A stretch of 64,000 bases of DNA, taken from NCBI RefSeq assembly GCF_054482525.1, contig NZ_CM137006.1, one strand, 5' to 3'. Position numbers and translations under genes: made by a program. Below, in pieces: positions 60,504 to 64,000 of this stretch (positions are counted from its first letter, which is position 1; each line of letters begins with the position of its first letter). The notes beneath the pieces are model-generated. The model saw nothing but the letters and a program-made list of their open reading frames with translations. It was not told where the DNA came from and did not search any database.

Positions 60504-61991
60504 ATGTGGTTTCACTTTCTGCAATTAAGGTCGGCTTTGAATATCTCCTCTGCTTTACGCCAGGTTGTTCACGGCACTCGCTGGCACGCTAAACGCAAGA
60601 GCTACAAAGTGTTGTTCTGGCGCGAGATAACCCCGCTTGCTGTTCCTATCTTCATGGAGAATGCCTGTGTCCTGTTGATGGGGGTTCTGAGCACTTTTCT
60701 GGTCAGCTGGCTGGGAAAAGATGCGATGGCCGGCGTGGGATTGGCGGACAGCTTCAATATGGTCATTATGGCTTTTTTTGCAGCTATCGATCTTGGTACT
60801 ACTGTCGTTGTGGCATTTAGTCTCGGTAAGCGGGATCGACGACGAGCGAGGGTGGCGACGCGGCAGTCATTGGTGATCATGACGTTGTTTGCCGTACTGT
60901 TGGCAACGCTTATTCATCATTTTGGCGAACAAATTATTGATTTCGTCGCGGGTGATGCCACGACAGAAGTTAAAGCACTGGCGTTGACTTATCTGGAGCT
61001 GACGGTACTCAGTTATCCAGCAGCTGCCATCACTTTGATTGGTAGCGGGGCACTTCGTGGTGCAGGGAATACGAAAATACCGCTACTGATTAACGGTAGC
61101 CTGAATATTCTTAATATTATTATTAGCGGCATATTGATTTACGGCCTTTTCTCCTGGCCGGGACTGGGATTTGTCGGGGCTGGGTTGGGGTTAACCATTT
61201 CTCGTTATATTGGCGCAGTGGCAATTTTGTGGGTGCTGGCGATTGGTTTTAATCCTGCGCTAAGGATTTCGTTAAAGAGCTATTTTAAACCGCTGAATTT
61301 TAGCATTATCTGGGAAGTCATGGGGATTGGTATTCCAGCGAGTGTCGAATCAGTATTATTTACCAGTGGTCGGTTATTAACCCAAATGTTCGTTGCCGGG
61401 ATGGGGACCAGTGTTATTGCCGGGAATTTTATCGCGTTTTCAATTGCGGCTCTTATCAACTTACCCGGAAGTGCGCTCGGCTCTGCTTCTACGATCATTA
61501 CAGGCCGAAGGTTGGGGGTAGGGCAGATAGCGCAAGCAGAGATTCAGTTGCGGCATGTGTTCTGGCTGTCCACTCTTGGATTAACGGCCATCGCCTGGCT
61601 AACGGCTCCCTTTGCCGGGGTTATGGCATCGTTTTACACCCAGGATCCACAGGTTAAACATGTCGTTGTAATTCTGATTTGGCTAAATGCTTTATTTATG
61701 CCTATTTGGTCTGCCTCATGGGTGCTACCCGCTGGATTTAAGGGTGCTCGCGATGCCCGTTACGCCATGTGGGTTTCTATGTTGAGCATGTGGGGTTGCC
61801 GGGTTGTAGTCGGTTATGTGCTGGGAATCATGCTTGGTTGGGGTGTGGTTGGTGTCTGGTTGGGAATGTTTGCCGACTGGGCTGTGCGGGCCGTGCTGTT
61901 TTACTGGCGAATGGTTACTGGACGTTGGCTATGGAAATACCCTCGACCCGAGCCGCAAAAGTGTGAAAAAAAGCCAGTTGTGTCGGAATAA
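60504..61991 (+). CDS. yeeO: MATE-family efflux transporter YeeO
   Basis: ORF 60351..61991; start taken at MWFHFLQLRS (495 aa) because the longer ORF begins 8 bp after the tRNA; 12-TM MATE topology. Confidence 0.88.
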   Translation: MWFHFLQLRSALNISSALRQVVHGTRWHAKRKSYKVLFWREITPLAVPIFMENACVLLMGVLSTFLVSWLGKDAMAGVGLADSFNMVIMAFFAAIDLGTTVVVAFSLGKRDRRRARVATRQSLVIMTLFAVLLATLIHHFGEQIIDFVAGDATTEVKALALTYLELTVLSYPAAAITLIGSGALRGAGNTKIPLLINGSLNILNIIISGILIYGLFSWPGLGFVGAGLGLTISRYIGAVAILWVLAIGFNPALRISLKSYFKPLNFSIIWEVMGIGIPASVESVLFTSGRLLTQMFVAGMGTSVIAGNFIAFSIAALINLPGSALGSASTIITGRRLGVGQIAQAEIQLRHVFWLSTLGLTAIAWLTAPFAGVMASFYTQDPQVKHVVVILIWLNALFMPIWSASWVLPAGFKGARDARYAMWVSMLSMWGCRVVVGYVLGIMLGWGVVGVWLGMFADWAVRAVLFYWRMVTGRWLWKYPRPEPQKCEKKPVVSE

Positions 61992-62044
61992 ACGACAAAA
62001 TGCAGATTATTTCAGCAAACGATTTCAAATTTAAAAAACAGGCT

Positions 62045-62073
62045 TTGACATTGTGGATGGGCATCGCTAATAT
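62045..62073 (+). promoter_or_regulatory. Sigma-70 promoter of asnW (TTGACA-17 bp-TAATAT, GC-rich discriminator)
   Basis: ctttgacattgtggatgggcatcgctaatattcgcctcg read directly ~20 bp upstream of the tRNA. Confidence 0.7.
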
Positions 62074-62091
62074 TCGCCTCGTTCTCACGAT

Positions 62092-62167
62092 TCCTCTGTA
62101 GTTCAGTCGGTAGAACGGCGGACTGTTAATCCGTATGTCACTGGTTCGAGTCCAGTCAGAGGAGCCA
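62092..62167 (+). tRNA. asnW: tRNA-Asn (GUU)
   Basis: Third identical copy, opposite orientation to the other two. Confidence 0.95.
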
Positions 62168-62328
62168 AATTCAAGTTTTCATGCTTATCTGTACGTCTCT
62201 ATTTGTTTACGATTCAGTAAGTTAGCGTGAAAATCCTTCCCAGTGCGTATCTGGTTTTCTCTCTGCATCGGGATAATTTGGTGGTCAGATCTGGGGTCAG
62301 TTTGGTTCGATTCTGGAGTGACCCCCAA

Positions 62329-63591
62329 ATGTCTTTAAACGATTCTAAAATCCGCAAGTTAAAACCCTCTTCCCGTCCGGTAAAACTCTCCGACTCTCAC
62401 GGTCTGTATCTGCTCGTCAATCCGGGCGGTTCACGCATCTGGTATCTCAAATATCGTTTCAACGGAAAAGAATCCAGAGTCAGTCTTGGCGCATACCCGC
62501 TTGTCTCACTGGCAGAAGCCAGGCAACAGCGCGACGGTATCCGTAAGTTACTGGCGCAGAATATCAACCCGGCGCAGCAGCGCATGGCGGAGGAAGCGGC
62601 CTGCTCCCCTGAAAAGTGCTTTAAGGCAGTGGCGCTGGCCTGGCACAAAACCAACAAAAAATGGTCGGCTGATTATGCCGCCCGTATTCTCGCCAGTATG
62701 GAAAACCATATCTTCCCGGCGATTGGTCATCTGCCCGTTGCCACTCTTAAAACGCAGGATTTCACTGCTTTGTTGCGGGTTATCGAGGATAAAGGCTTTC
62801 TGGAAGTCGCGTCCCGAACCCGGCAGCAACTCAGCAACATCATGCGCTATGCCGTTCAGCAGGGGCTTACCGAAAGCAATCCGGCGCAGCATCTGGATGG
62901 CGTTGTCGCCTCACCCGTAAAGAACCACTACCCCGCGTTACTGCTGGAGCGGTTGCCCGAACTGCTTGGCCGCATCGGTGACTATCAGCAGGGCCGGGAG
63001 TTAACACGGCTGGCGGTGGTGCTGACGTTGCACCTGTTTATCCGTTCCAGCGAACTGCGTTTCGCCCGCTGGAGCGAGATCGATTTCAGGCACAAAATCT
63101 GGACCATCCCCGCCACCCGCGAGGCAATCGACAAAGTACGGTTTTCGGGGCGTGGCGCAAAAATACGTACCCCGCATATCGTGCCGCTCTCCCGCCAGGC
63201 GATTGCCATTCTGAAACAGATACAGGAGCTTTCCGGCCATCTGGATCTGGTGTTTCCCGGTGATCATAACTCGTACAAGCCAATGAGTGAAAACACCACC
63301 AACCGGGCGCTACGCCTGATGGGGTATGATACGAAAACTGAAATCTGCGGGCATGGACTCAGGGCGATGGCCTGTAGCGCCCTGGTGGAATCGGAGCTGT
63401 GGTCACGCGATACGGTGGAGCGGCAAATGAGCCACCAGGAGCGTAACAGCGTGCGGGCAGCCTATGTGCATAAAGCGGAGCATCTGGAGGCCAGAAAGGC
63501 CATGATGCAGTGGTGGTCGGATTATCTGGATGTGTGCCGCGAGGGGTATGTTGCGCCGTACATTTATGCCCGGCAGCATAAGGCAGCCTGA
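62329..63591 (+). CDS. P4-type tyrosine integrase (phage integrase family) adjacent to tRNA-Asn
   Basis: ORF 62227..63591; start at MSLNDSKIRKLKP (420 aa); N-terminal P4-integrase-like domain; C-terminal catalytic region with R...HxxR...Y context (HGLRAMACS..., RAAYVH). Confidence 0.9.
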   Translation: MSLNDSKIRKLKPSSRPVKLSDSHGLYLLVNPGGSRIWYLKYRFNGKESRVSLGAYPLVSLAEARQQRDGIRKLLAQNINPAQQRMAEEAACSPEKCFKAVALAWHKTNKKWSADYAARILASMENHIFPAIGHLPVATLKTQDFTALLRVIEDKGFLEVASRTRQQLSNIMRYAVQQGLTESNPAQHLDGVVASPVKNHYPALLLERLPELLGRIGDYQQGRELTRLAVVLTLHLFIRSSELRFARWSEIDFRHKIWTIPATREAIDKVRFSGRGAKIRTPHIVPLSRQAIAILKQIQELSGHLDLVFPGDHNSYKPMSENTTNRALRLMGYDTKTEICGHGLRAMACSALVESELWSRDTVERQMSHQERNSVRAAYVHKAEHLEARKAMMQWWSDYLDVCREGYVAPYIYARQHKAA

Positions 63592-64000
63592 ATCAGAAAT
63601 AGCGGAAATCATTAAAAATGTAAAAGCAGATCCTGATTGACCGGGATCTGCTTATTGTATTGAGAAGTATTACCATTTTTCTGTTATTATCAATCGGAAA
63701 GTATCTAAAAATATTTGTCCCCAAATAATTTTGGTGAAAACCAATCAATAAACCATTTATCAATAGGTAAGTACCGGAAATTATTCCAGTAGAATATTTT
63801 CAGGCGATTGCCTATTAATAAATACATTATTGATAGATAAGTGCCTTCTGTGATTTGCCCGCAAATCACAGAAGATGAAAACCTATCAATACGGGATATT
63901 TTCACGGAAATACCAATTAATACTCCAGAATATCTCCTGACCATATACTCTGAAACCTGTAAGAACTGCATCAGATATTGAGAGACCATATAGATATAAG

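Noticed and set aside
62227-62328. N-terminal extension of the integrase ORF
   Set aside because: The extension begins within ~60 bp of the tRNA 3' end and is unlike integrase N-termini; the start at MSLNDSKIRKLKP matches the P4-integrase family.
63705-63989. 94-aa minus-strand ORF in the AT-rich sequence after the integrase
   Set aside because: Low-complexity, AT-driven frame running off the window edge with no identifiable motifs; cannot be supported as a gene from this window alone.

Overview
This window reads as an Escherichia coli chromosomal segment (in inverted orientation relative to the usual K-12 map) running from the 3' part of the colanic acid (wca) cluster through gne and galF, an ~11.5 kb AT-rich O-antigen gene cluster, then gnd, ugd, wzzB, the complete his operon (minus strand, with leader peptide and attenuator), yefM-yoeB, yeeZ, yeeY, plaP, sbcB, dacD, sbmC, yeeA, yeeX, cobUST, ldtA/erfK, the asnV-nac-cbl-asnU-yeeO-asnW region, and a P4-type tyrosine integrase beside asnW at the right edge. 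All calls rest on reading the six-frame translations and motifs by eye against families I recognise; no database search was run. I did not find a convincing previously undescribed system: no CRISPR array and no defence-island-like architecture. The most noteworthy content is strain-specific: (1) the O-antigen cluster of unassigned serogroup with its own GDP-fucose pathway, (2) a mosaic manB whose first ~1.3 kb is near-identical to cpsG, (3) a genomic-island boundary (integrase next to tRNA-Asn) whose cargo lies beyond the window, (4) a degenerate relic region between yeeX and cobU, and (5) apparent absence of yeeD/yeeE between plaP and sbcB relative to my recollection of K-12. Coordinates of small motifs were counted by hand and may be off by 1-2 bp.
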